Shown piece after piece: positions 8,464-17,552 of a stretch of 64,000 nt of DNA (the first letter of the stretch is position 1; each line of letters begins with the position of its first letter). The DNA is from Candidatus Elarobacter sp. (lineage in GTDB: Bacteria > Vulcanimicrobiota > Vulcanimicrobiia > Vulcanimicrobiales > Vulcanimicrobiaceae), in assembly GCA_036402975.1 (NCBI GenBank), contig DASWRW010000042.1, positions 125,735 through 189,734 of the forward strand, written 5' to 3'. The position numbers were made by a program, and so were the translations under genes. A model generated the notes under the pieces. That model saw only the letters and a list, made by a program, of their open reading frames with translations. It was not told the DNA's origin and did not search any database.

Positions 8464-10065
8464 ATTCTCACGCTACCGAACCCTTCGCAGTCCTTCGACG
8501 AACATCTGTCCAGCCTCGGCCTGGGCGGCGTCGGGACCGTGTACCGGAACCAGAGCGTCGCCCGGCTTTACGAGCACGCGCTGGCCCGCGGAGAGGCGAT
8601 CCTCGGCGCGGACGGACAGATGGTGGTGGAGACCGGCAAGCACACCGGACGCTCGCCGAACGACAAGTTCTTCGTCAAGGAGCCGGGCAGCGAGACGCAC
8701 GTCGACTGGTCGGTGAACAAGCCGATCGACGCGGCCCGGTTCGACGCGCTGCTGAAGCGCACCGGCGAGTACCTCACCGGCAAGGACGTCTTCGCGCTCG
8801 ACTGCTACGTCGGCGCCGACCCGCGCTACCGCCTGCCGGTGCGCATCGTCACCGAGTACGCCTGGCAGAGCCTCTTCGCGCGCGACCTCTTCATCGACAC
8901 GGCCGACGGCGACGAGTCGTTCGCGCCGGAGTTCACCGTGATCGACGCGGCGCTCTTCGACGCCGACCCGGCGCGCGACGGCACCAACTCGTCCACGTTC
9001 GTGATCGTGAACTTCGCGCGCAAGCTGATTCTGATCGGCGGGACGCGCTACGCCGGCGAGGTCAAGAAGTCGGTCTTCACGGTGATGAACTACCTGATGC
9101 CGCTGCGCGACGTGCTCTCGATGCACTGCTCGGCCAACGTCGGGCGCGACGGCGACGTCGCGATCTTCTTCGGCCTCTCCGGCACCGGCAAGACGACGCT
9201 CTCGGCCGACGCCAGCCGCCCGCTGATCGGCGACGACGAGCACGGCTGGTCGGCCGACGGCGTCTTCAACTTCGAGGGCGGCTGCTACGCGAAAGCCATC
9301 AAGCTCTCCAAGGAAGCGGAGCCGGAGATCTGGGAGGCCTCGCACCGCTTCGGCACCGTGCTCGAGAACGTCGTCATCGATCCCGAGACGCGGCAGCTCG
9401 ACCTCGACTCGCAGGCGCTCACCGAGAACACCCGCGCCGCGTACCCGGTCGACTTTCTCCCGAACTTCGTGAAGAGCGGGATGGCCGGTCATCCGAAGAC
9501 CATCATCATGCTGACCGCGGATGCGTTCGGCGTGCTGCCGCCGATCGCGAAGCTCTCGCCCGAGCAGGCGATGTACCACTTCCTTTCCGGCTACACCGCG
9601 AAAGTCGCCGGCACGGAGCGCGGCGTCACCGAGCCGACCGCGACGTTCTCGACCTGCTTCGGCGCACCGTTCATGGTCCACCACCCGACGGTGTACGCGA
9701 AGCTCCTCGGCGCGCGCATCGCGAGGCACCGGGCCTCGTGCTGGCTGGTGAACACCGGCTGGACCGGCGGGCCGTACGGCGTCGGCAAGCGCATGAAGAT
9801 CGCGTACACCCGCGCGATGGTCAACGCCGCGATCGACGGCCGCCTCGACGGCGCGGCGTTCGAGACCGAACCGTTCTTCGGGCTCGCGATCCCGGCGTCG
9901 GTTCCGGACGTGCCGGGCGAGGTGCTGAACCCGCGCAACGCGTGGGCCGATCCGAACGCCTACGACGCGCAGGCCAAGAAGCTCGCGAGCCTGTTCGCCG
10001 AGAACTTCCAGCGCTTCGAGGGACACGCGGCGCCCGAGCTGTTGGCGGTCGCGATCAAAGGCTGA
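8464..10065 (+). CDS. pckA: Phosphoenolpyruvate carboxykinase (ATP)
   Basis: TGRSPNDKF, YAGEVKK, MHCSAN, FFGLSGTGKTTLS, IGDDEHGW, EGGCYAK. Start placed at in-frame ATT 7 nt after GAGGAG; the first canonical start is GTG at 8539. Confidence 0.96.
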   Translation: MLTLPNPSQSFDEHLSSLGLGGVGTVYRNQSVARLYEHALARGEAILGADGQMVVETGKHTGRSPNDKFFVKEPGSETHVDWSVNKPIDAARFDALLKRTGEYLTGKDVFALDCYVGADPRYRLPVRIVTEYAWQSLFARDLFIDTADGDESFAPEFTVIDAALFDADPARDGTNSSTFVIVNFARKLILIGGTRYAGEVKKSVFTVMNYLMPLRDVLSMHCSANVGRDGDVAIFFGLSGTGKTTLSADASRPLIGDDEHGWSADGVFNFEGGCYAKAIKLSKEAEPEIWEASHRFGTVLENVVIDPETRQLDLDSQALTENTRAAYPVDFLPNFVKSGMAGHPKTIIMLTADAFGVLPPIAKLSPEQAMYHFLSGYTAKVAGTERGVTEPTATFSTCFGAPFMVHHPTVYAKLLGARIARHRASCWLVNTGWTGGPYGVGKRMKIAYTRAMVNAAIDGRLDGAAFETEPFFGLAIPASVPDVPGEVLNPRNAWADPNAYDAQAKKLASLFAENFQRFEGHAAPELLAVAIKG

Positions 10066-10082
10066 GGCGGCGGCTCCGCGAT

Positions 10083-10117
10083 AAAAAGGCGCCCGGCGGC
10101 GTAAGCCTCCGAGCGCC
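10083..10117 (-). terminator. Rho-independent terminator between the convergent pckA and 10154-10477 genes
   Basis: Minus strand reads GGCGCTCGGAGGC-TTAC-GCCGCCGGGCGCC followed by TTTTT. Confidence 0.75.
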
Positions 10118-10153
10118 CTCGCAGCGCACCCCCGCGCTAGCAGCCTGGGCGTG

Positions 10154-10477
10154 TTAGTTGTGGAACGCCAGGAGAAGCGACTCGTCCTGCTGCGTGAAGA
10201 CGATGCTGCTGTTCGTGTTCAGCGCGTTGTCGACCGAGCCGCCGCGGGTGATCACGCGCACTTTGGCACCGATCGCGCCGCCCGGGTCTTTCGTCGTCAC
10301 GGCGACGCCGTCCAGATACGGATCGCTGCCGTTGCTGTACGTGTACGGCATGTCCTTCATCGCCGGAATGACGAATTTCTTCGTTCCGGCCTCGTGTCCG
10401 GGCGTGTCGCCCTGGCGCACGATGAGGGTCGCGTCGAGGTCGTACTTCGTCTTGTTGCTGAACAGTTTCTGTCCCAT
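10154..10477 (-). CDS. Hypothetical protein (107 aa, beta-rich)
   Basis: GGGAG SD before ATG, host-like codon usage and a downstream terminator. Confidence 0.75.
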   Translation of the reverse strand: MGQKLFSNKTKYDLDATLIVRQGDTPGHEAGTKKFVIPAMKDMPYTYSNGSDPYLDGVAVTTKDPGGAIGAKVRVITRGGSVDNALNTNSSIVFTQQDESLLLAFHN

Positions 10478-10772
10478 GGGTATCTCCCGTCGTGACGCGC
10501 CGCCTCGCGCGTGTATAAACAACACACGTCGAAGATCGCGACCGACACATGGCGGAGCAATCGCTTCACCATACCCCTCGTGTTAGGTAGAACTTACTTA
10601 CCCTCCTCTTGAGCTGCTGGCAAAGTTTTGTTCGTTCCTCGTACCTAGGACCGCGCGTTTTCGGCGTCGCTAGATGCGCTGCGTGCATCACACCTCACGC
10701 TTGCCCGCTAGGTATCCTCCGCAGAAAACCGTAGTTCCGGTGATCTTCTTCTACGTGATCGGAGGTCGTCGG

Positions 10773-12581
10773 GTGAACCGACTCTTTATCCGACTCGCGG
10801 CGGCAGCGTGTATCGCGCCGCTCGTGAGCGCATGCGGCGGCGGGGGTTCCCGCGCCGTCCCCGCCAGCCCGGCCCAGTCCGGGCAGCAAGTCCAGAACGC
10901 GGTCTCGGGTGTCCCGCAGTCGGCTGCGCGGGGCGTCCGCGTCTCCGTTCATCTGCCTCTGCGCAACCCCACCGAGCTCGACGCGCTGGTCGCGCGCCAA
11001 ACCGACCGCACGTCGCCGGACTACCATCACTTCCTCACGCCGGAGCAGTTCCGCGCGCAGTACGCGCCGGCCGCCGGCGATCTCAACGCCGCCGCGGCGT
11101 CGCTGCGCGGGCTCGGCTTCGAGGTCAGCACCACGTCGCAGGCGCTCATCGCCGACGCACCGCAGGCGACGGTGGAACGCAGCTTCTCGGTGAAGCTGCG
11201 CAGCGCGCAGTCGAGCGGGCGCGGCGTGCAGAGCCTCGCGCGCAACGCGCTCGCCGCGGACCGCACCCCGACGCTGCCCGCGACGCTGGCGAAGCTCGGT
11301 GCGACCGTCGCGTTCTCACCGTATGTCCGCCACGTCCAGTCGAAGCGCGTCTCGAAGGCGCCGATGAAGACCGACAACCGCTACTCGACGACCGGCCCCT
11401 ACTGGTTCACCGACCTCAAACAGGCGTACGGCTATCCGTCGTACCAGACGGCGAACGGCACCGGCCGCACGATCGCGGTCGTGATCGACTCCGACGTCCT
11501 GGACAGCGACCTCGCGCTGTACTTCGGACACGAGCACCTCGCGCCGCCGGCCCTCGAGCGGCGTCCGGTCGACGGCGGGCCGCGGCCCTTCGATGCCAAC
11601 GACGGCTCGTCGGACGAGGCGAGCCTCGACATCCAGCAGTCGTTCGGCAGCGCGCCGGGCGCGCACATGATGCTCTACGGCGTCCCCGATCTGTCCGACA
11701 GCCACATCTACGACGCGTACAGCGCGGCGATCGACGACAACCGCGCCGATGTCGTCAGCTCGTCGTTCGGGCTGTGCGAGCTGTACTACACCAAGAAGTA
11801 CAACGACGGCGAAGACTTCACGCCGCTCCTGCAGCAGTTCCACGACCTCTTCCGCCAGGGCAACGCCCAGGGCATCACGTTCGTGGCGTCGTCGGGCGAC
11901 AACGGCGCGTACGACTGCTTCGACCCGACGTTCACCAAGCTCGTCAAAGGCGTCGAGAACCCGGCCGACGACCCGAACGTCACCGGCGTCGGCGGAACGA
12001 ACCTCGTCACCAACCACGTCGCCGGCTCGCTGAACTCGAGCTACGTGCGCGAGAGCGAGTTCTTCGACGCGTTCGACCCGGCGCAGGGCGCGCTCAAGAA
12101 CGAGATCTGGGGCTCGGGCGGCGGAGTCAGCGTGATCTTCGACAAGCCTTGGTACCAGCATCTCGTCAACACGCGCGCCGGCACGCGCACCGTGCCGGAC
12201 ATCTCGATGCACATGGGCGGCTGCCCGGTCGGCTCGAAGGAGCCGTGCAACCCGGACGACTCCAGCGTCATCACCGCGATCGGCGGGCAGTTCTTCCTGC
12301 TGATCGGCACCAGCGCGTCGGCGCCGGAGTTCGCCGGCCTGCTCGCCGTCACCGAACAGTCGCTCGGGACGCGGCTCGGGAACGCCAACGGCTACATCTA
12401 TGGGCTCTCCGCGGTCGGCGGTGAAGCGGTGTACCGTCAGGACATCCCGGGCGACAACGGCTACCCGACCACGCACGACTACAACTACGTGCTCGGCAAC
12501 GGAACGCCGAAGGCGGCGCTGTTCGCGGCGAAGCCCTTCGCGCCGCGCGCCGGCGACCCGCAGACGCCGACGAACCCGTAA
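10773..12581 (+). CDS. S53 family (sedolisin/kumamolisin-like) peptidase, lipoprotein
   Basis: GGAGG SD, lipobox LVSAC, pro-domain (YHHFLTPEQF), catalytic EASLD, SSGDNG, GTSASAP. Confidence 0.93.
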   Translation: MNRLFIRLAAAACIAPLVSACGGGGSRAVPASPAQSGQQVQNAVSGVPQSAARGVRVSVHLPLRNPTELDALVARQTDRTSPDYHHFLTPEQFRAQYAPAAGDLNAAAASLRGLGFEVSTTSQALIADAPQATVERSFSVKLRSAQSSGRGVQSLARNALAADRTPTLPATLAKLGATVAFSPYVRHVQSKRVSKAPMKTDNRYSTTGPYWFTDLKQAYGYPSYQTANGTGRTIAVVIDSDVLDSDLALYFGHEHLAPPALERRPVDGGPRPFDANDGSSDEASLDIQQSFGSAPGAHMMLYGVPDLSDSHIYDAYSAAIDDNRADVVSSSFGLCELYYTKKYNDGEDFTPLLQQFHDLFRQGNAQGITFVASSGDNGAYDCFDPTFTKLVKGVENPADDPNVTGVGGTNLVTNHVAGSLNSSYVRESEFFDAFDPAQGALKNEIWGSGGGVSVIFDKPWYQHLVNTRAGTRTVPDISMHMGGCPVGSKEPCNPDDSSVITAIGGQFFLLIGTSASAPEFAGLLAVTEQSLGTRLGNANGYIYGLSAVGGEAVYRQDIPGDNGYPTTHDYNYVLGNGTPKAALFAAKPFAPRAGDPQTPTNP

Positions 12582-12623
12582 CCTGCATCCGTCGGGGACG
12601 GCCATGCCTTCTGACTGAATGGT

Positions 12624-13634
12624 ATGGCCTTCCCCGTCGGCATCCTCGACCAGTCCCCCGTGCTGTCCGGCGCATGCCCGCGCGACGCGGTGCTCGCGAC
12701 GCTGCAGCTCGCGCGGGACGCCGAGCGGCTCGGCTACCACCGCTACTGGCTGGCCGAGCACCACGCGATGCAAGGCTTGGCCGATCCGGCGCCGGAGATC
12801 TTGCTCGCGCGCATCGCCGCCGACACGACGCGGATGCGCGTCGGCACCGGCGGCGTGCTGCTCCCGCACTACTCGGCGCTGAAGGTCGCCGAACAGTTCC
12901 GGCTGCTCGACGCGCTGGCGCCGGGCCGCGTCGACCTGGGGATCGGGCGCGCACCGGGCGGCTCGCAGCGCGTCTCGATGGCGCTCGAGTCGGCGGAGAT
13001 CCAGCGCTTCCCGCGCCAGGTGCGCGATCTGATCGGCTTTCTCGACCGCGCGCTGCCGGTCGAGCACCCGTTCGCGAAGCTGGTCGCGATGCCGAGCGGC
13101 GAGACGTCGCCCGAAGTCTGGCTGCTGGGCTCGTCCGACTACAGCGCGGCGCTCGCGGCCGAGCTCGGGCTGCCGTTCGCGTTCGCGCACTTCATCAGCG
13201 GCGACGCCGAGCAGGTGACGCGCATGTACCGCCGGCACTTCCGTCCGTCGGAGCGGTCGCCCGAGCCGCGGGTGCTGATCGCGATCGCGGCGATCGCCGC
13301 CGAGACGCCCGAGGAGGCGGAGGAGCTCGCGGCGACGCTCGATCTGTGGCGATTGCGCATCCGCCGCGGGGTCGACTTGCCGGTGCCGTCGCGCGACGAG
13401 GCGCGCGCGCATCCGTACACGATCTACGACCGCGAGGAGATCGCCTACAACCGCCGCCGGCTCGCGCTCGGCGCGCCGCGCGCGGTGCGCGAGCGGGTCG
13501 AAGCGATCGTGCGCGCGCACGAAGCGGACGAGGCGATGCTCTTGTCGATCACGCCGGACTACGACGCGCGCACGCGTTCGTACGCGCTGCTGGCCGATGC
13601 GTTCGCGCTGAACCGCGCGCTTTCGGAGGCCTGA
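12624..13634 (+). CDS. LLM class flavin-dependent oxidoreductase (luciferase-like)
   Basis: ILDQSP, RYWLAEHH, GGVLLPHYS, GRVDLGIGRAPG, WLLGSS, FAHF. Confidence 0.93.
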   Translation: MAFPVGILDQSPVLSGACPRDAVLATLQLARDAERLGYHRYWLAEHHAMQGLADPAPEILLARIAADTTRMRVGTGGVLLPHYSALKVAEQFRLLDALAPGRVDLGIGRAPGGSQRVSMALESAEIQRFPRQVRDLIGFLDRALPVEHPFAKLVAMPSGETSPEVWLLGSSDYSAALAAELGLPFAFAHFISGDAEQVTRMYRRHFRPSERSPEPRVLIAIAAIAAETPEEAEELAATLDLWRLRIRRGVDLPVPSRDEARAHPYTIYDREEIAYNRRRLALGAPRAVRERVEAIVRAHEADEAMLLSITPDYDARTRSYALLADAFALNRALSEA

Positions 13635-13635
13635 C

Positions 13636-14415
13636 GTGGCGACCCGTCTCCCGGCGGTCTTCTTCGGCCACGGCAACCCGATGAACGCGCTCGACGACAA
13701 CGCCTACACGCGCGGCTGGTCCGCGCTCGGCGCCGCGCTGCCGCGTCCGCGCGCGATTCTCTCGGTCTCCGCGCACTGGTATCTGCCGGGGACGCACGTG
13801 ACCGCGATGCGCCGGCCGCGCACGATCCACGACTTCGGCGGCTTCCCGCGCGAATTGTACGAGGTGCGGTATCCGGCGCCCGGCAGCCCCGAGCTCGCGA
13901 CGCGCGTGCAAGAGCTGCTCGCGCCGCTCGACGTCGTGCGCGACGAGCGCTGGGGGCTCGATCACGGAACGTGGTCGGTGCTCGTGCACGCCTATCCGGA
14001 CGCCGACATCCCGGTCGTGCAGCTCGGCATCGACGAGACGCAGCCGCCGGCGTATCACTACGAGCTGGCGAAGAGGCTCGCGCCGTTGCGCGACGAGGGC
14101 GTCCTGATCCTCGGCAGCGGCAACATCGTGCACAACCTGCACGCGTACGCGTGGGGCCGGCATCCGGCGCAGCAGTTCGACTGGGCCGTGCGCTTCGAGA
14201 CGCAGGCGCGCGCACACCTCGACGCCGGCGACCACGAGCCGCTGGTGGACTACGAACGCCTCGGCAGCGACGCGCTGCTCGCCGTGCCGACACCGGAGCA
14301 CTATCTGCCGTTGCTGTACGTGATCGGAACCCGGCAGCCCGGCGAAGCGGTGTCGTATCCGGTCGAAGGCGGCGACGGCGGCTCGATCTCGATGCTCAGC
14401 GTCCGCATCGGCTGA
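13636..14415 (+). CDS. ygiD: 4,5-DOPA extradiol dioxygenase (YgiD/LigB family)
   Basis: GHGNPMNAL, SAHW, TIHDFGGFP, GLDHGTW, GSGNIVHNL, PTPEHYLPL. Confidence 0.92.
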   Translation: MATRLPAVFFGHGNPMNALDDNAYTRGWSALGAALPRPRAILSVSAHWYLPGTHVTAMRRPRTIHDFGGFPRELYEVRYPAPGSPELATRVQELLAPLDVVRDERWGLDHGTWSVLVHAYPDADIPVVQLGIDETQPPAYHYELAKRLAPLRDEGVLILGSGNIVHNLHAYAWGRHPAQQFDWAVRFETQARAHLDAGDHEPLVDYERLGSDALLAVPTPEHYLPLLYVIGTRQPGEAVSYPVEGGDGGSISMLSVRIG

Positions 14416-14460
14416 GATCGCGAGCGCGCCGCCCGCGCAACGTCGTGCCGAGCACCGACG

Positions 14461-14892
14461 TCATGCCGACATGAGTCCGAACGCCTTGAACAGTACGCGC
14501 TTCGGGCGCAGGCCGTCGAACTCACCGTAATGGACGCGCTCCCAGCGGCCCAGGTCGAGCTCGCCGTTCGTCACCGGCACGATCACCTGGTGGCCCAAGA
14601 GCATGCGTTTGAGGTGCGCGTCGCCGTTGTCCTCGCCGGTCTGGTGATGCGCGTAGTCGAGTCCGGCCGGTGCGAGCTTTTCGACCCACGCGAGGATATC
14701 GCGCCACAAGCCCGACTCGTGGTCGTTCACGAACACGCTCGACGTGATGTGCATCGTGCTCACGAGAATCGTTCCGTCGTGAAGGCGCGCGTCGGCGCGC
14801 ACCCGCTCGACGTGTTCGGTGATGTCGCGGATCTCGTACCGGTTCTTCGTCGTGATCGTCAGATAGTCGGTGTGCGTCGTGATGTCGCTCAT
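14461..14892 (-). CDS. yjbQ: YjbQ/UPF0047 family protein (secondary thiamine-phosphate synthase)
   Basis: MHITSSVFVND, YAHH.TGEDNGDAHLK, LDLGRWE, EFDG. Confidence 0.92.
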   Translation of the reverse strand: MSDITTHTDYLTITTKNRYEIRDITEHVERVRADARLHDGTILVSTMHITSSVFVNDHESGLWRDILAWVEKLAPAGLDYAHHQTGEDNGDAHLKRMLLGHQVIVPVTNGELDLGRWERVHYGEFDGLRPKRVLFKAFGLMSA

Positions 14893-14946
14893 CGCAGGAT
14901 CGTTCTCAGTATTCTGTACTGTGCGCCGATGGTATATCGAGGTCAT

Positions 14947-14996
14947 TTCTCCACAAGCTGTGAACAGTAAACCAGGGCGCGGCGCGATTATCCAAA
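14947..14996. promoter_or_regulatory. Cluster of DnaA-box-like 9-mers in the yjbQ/pilB divergent intergenic region
   Basis: TTCTCCACA (14947-14955) and inverted TGTGAACAG (14959-14967) 3 nt apart, plus TTATCCAAA (14988-14996). Confidence 0.45.
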
Positions 14997-15057
14997 GTTA
15001 AGGAAAGCGCGCGAATGTTGCCTGCAATTCGCCGCAGCGCATTCCGATTCGTCTGCC

Positions 15058-16476
15058 ATGGCAACCTTCGCCGCGAATCCCGAAGCGCTGGCACGCGTTC
15101 CGCGCGCCCTTGCGTTCCGCTACGACGCGCTGCCGCTCGGCGTCACGGGCGGGACCTTGTCGGTCGCGCTCGCCGACCCGAACGACGCGCAGGTGGTCGA
15201 CGCGCTGCGCGCCGCGACGCGGCTGCGCGTGCGGCCCGTGCCGATGGCGCGCGAGGCGATCCGCGAGAACCTCCACCTGGCGTACGGCGAGAACCGCGCC
15301 GAGCCGCCGCGCGCGGACGGCGCGCCCGCCGTGCGGGCGGTCGACCACGTCTTCGAACGTGCGATCGCCGCGCACGCGAGCGACGTGCACGTCGAGCCCG
15401 ACGCGCGCGGCGGCCGCATCCGCATCCGCGTCGACGGCATCCTGCGCGAGCTCGAGACGATCCCGGCCGACATGCTGCCCGCCTTCGTCTCGCGCATGAA
15501 GCTGCTCGCCGGAATGGACATCGCCGACCGCCGCACGCCGCAGGACGGGCGCTGCGGAATCCCGTTCGAGCAGCGGGAGATCGACGCGCGCGTCGCCTCG
15601 GTGCCGACCGTGGACGGCGAGAAGCTCGTGATCCGGCTGCTCGACCGCTATGCGGCGACGCCCGACTTGGCCGCGCTCGGCATGCCGGCCGCGATGCTGG
15701 AACGGTACCGCGCGGCGGCGCGGGCGCCGTGGGGCTTCGTCCTCGTGACGGGGCCGACGGGGAGCGGGAAGACGACGACGCTGTACGCCTCGCTGGCCGA
15801 GCTGGACGCGGTGTCGCGCAACGTGTGCTCGGTCGAGGACCCGGTCGAGATGCGGCTGCGCGGCGTTTCCCAGGTTCAGGTGAACCTGCGTGCCGGGCTC
15901 ACGTTCCCGCTCGCGCTGCGCGCGTTCATGCGCCAGGACCCCAACGTCGTCATGGTCGGCGAGATGCGCGACGGCGAGACGGCCGCCGTGGCGGTCTCCG
16001 CGGCGCTCGCCGGCCAGCTCGTCTTCACGACGCTGCACGCGAACGACGCGCCGCGCACGATCGACCGCCTGGCGGAGCTCGGCGTCCAGCGGCAGTCGTT
16101 GGCCGCGGCGCTGACCGCCGTCGTCGCGCAGCGGCTGGTGCGCACGCTGTGCGAGCAGTGCAACGCGCGCGAAGCGATCCCGCTCGAGGTGCGCCGGGCG
16201 ATCGGCGCGGCGCAGGACTCGTGGAACGCCGCGCGCGGCTGCCGTGCCTGCGCGGGGACCGGCTATCTCGGCCGCACCGGCGTGTACGAGCTGCTCGAGA
16301 TCGACGATACGACGCGCGACGCGATCGCGACCGGCGCCTCCAGCGTGCAGATCGCGCAGCTCGCCGGGCGCAACGGGTACCGCCCGATGCGCGACGATGC
16401 GCTCGCGAAGGTGCTCTCCGGCGTGACGTCCTTCGACGAGCTCACGCGCGTCGTCGCCTGGACCGGTGCGCGATGA
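15058..16476 (+). CDS. pilB: Type IV pilus assembly ATPase PilB (GspE/PulE family)
   Basis: ASDVHVEP, PQDGR, GPTGSGKTTT, EDPVE, RQDPNVVMVGEMRD, TLHAND, Zn-binding CxxC pairs. Confidence 0.92.
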   Translation: MATFAANPEALARVPRALAFRYDALPLGVTGGTLSVALADPNDAQVVDALRAATRLRVRPVPMAREAIRENLHLAYGENRAEPPRADGAPAVRAVDHVFERAIAAHASDVHVEPDARGGRIRIRVDGILRELETIPADMLPAFVSRMKLLAGMDIADRRTPQDGRCGIPFEQREIDARVASVPTVDGEKLVIRLLDRYAATPDLAALGMPAAMLERYRAAARAPWGFVLVTGPTGSGKTTTLYASLAELDAVSRNVCSVEDPVEMRLRGVSQVQVNLRAGLTFPLALRAFMRQDPNVVMVGEMRDGETAAVAVSAALAGQLVFTTLHANDAPRTIDRLAELGVQRQSLAAALTAVVAQRLVRTLCEQCNAREAIPLEVRRAIGAAQDSWNAARGCRACAGTGYLGRTGVYELLEIDDTTRDAIATGASSVQIAQLAGRNGYRPMRDDALAKVLSGVTSFDELTRVVAWTGAR

Positions 16477-17552
16477 GCCTCGGCACGATCCGCGTTCGCG
16501 ATCTGGTGCGCGGCGCGCGGGCGCGCGGCGCCACCGACGTGCACCTCGGCGGCGGCGAACGGCCGGCGCTGCGCATTGCCGGCCGGCTGGTCGCGCTCGA
16601 CGGGCCGCCCGTGGTCGAGGCCGACGTTCGGGCGTACCTCGCCGCCGCGCTCTCCGCCGAACAGCTCGCGCGCCTCGATGCGCGCGGCTCGGCCGACGGC
16701 GCGGCCGCGCGCGGCGAGGACGGCGGTCCGTTTCGCGTGCACGCCTACCGCCACGCGGGCGGCGTGCGCGTCGCGCTCCGTTTGCTGGCCGAGTCGGTGC
16801 CGTCGCTGGAACAGCTCGGGCTGCCGGCGGTCGTCGCGACGCTCGCGCAGCGGCCGGCGGGCTTGGTGCTCTTCACCGGCCCGACCGGAAGCGGAAAGAC
16901 GACCGCGCTCGCGGCGCTCGTCGACCGGATCAACCGCAGCGCCGAGCGCAACATCCTCACGATCGAAGACCCGGTGGAGTACGTGCACGCGCCGGTCCGC
17001 TCGCTGATCACGCACTGTGAGATCGGCCGCGACGTAAGCGACTACGCGGATGCGCTGCGCGGCTTCCTGCGCGCCGATCCGGACGTGATCGTGATCGGCG
17101 AGCTGCGCGACCGTGAGACGATCGCCGCCGCGCTGACGGCCGCGGAGACCGGCCACCTCGTGTTCGCGACGCTCCACACCAACGACGCCGCGCAGACGGT
17201 CGACCGCATCGTCGACGCGTTTCCGGCGGAGGCACACACGCAGGTGCGCTCGCAGCTCGCCGCGGTGCTCGCCGGGATCGTCGCGCTGCGGCTGGTCGCG
17301 CGGCACGACGGCGCCGGACGGCGCGCCGCCGCCGAGATCCTGATCGGCACCGATGCCGTGCGCGCGCTCATCCGCGAAGGGAAGACGCACCAGCTTCGCA
17401 ACACGATCGTGACCGGCCGCGCCGCCGGGATGCAGACGCTCGAGACGCATCTCTCCGAGCTGGTCGTGCGCGGCGAGGTCGCGCTCGCGGAAGCGCGCGC
17501 CGTCACGAGCCGGCCGAGCGACGTCCGCACGTTCGAGCGCGGCGCGCCGTGA
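16473..17552 (+). CDS. pilT: Type IV pilus retraction ATPase PilT/PilU
   Basis: GPTGSGKTT, TIEDPVEY, DPDVIVIGELRD, AETGHLVFATLHT, LIREGKTHQL, GMQT; ATGA overlap with pilB. Confidence 0.9.
   Translation: MSLGTIRVRDLVRGARARGATDVHLGGGERPALRIAGRLVALDGPPVVEADVRAYLAAALSAEQLARLDARGSADGAAARGEDGGPFRVHAYRHAGGVRVALRLLAESVPSLEQLGLPAVVATLAQRPAGLVLFTGPTGSGKTTALAALVDRINRSAERNILTIEDPVEYVHAPVRSLITHCEIGRDVSDYADALRGFLRADPDVIVIGELRDRETIAAALTAAETGHLVFATLHTNDAAQTVDRIVDAFPAEAHTQVRSQLAAVLAGIVALRLVARHDGAGRRAAAEILIGTDAVRALIREGKTHQLRNTIVTGRAAGMQTLETHLSELVVRGEVALAEARAVTSRPSDVRTFERGAP

Noticed and set aside
10617-10632. Sigma-54-like promoter CTGGCAAAGTTTTGTT
   Set aside because: The conserved -12 GC is GT here and no enhancer-binding protein is nearby.
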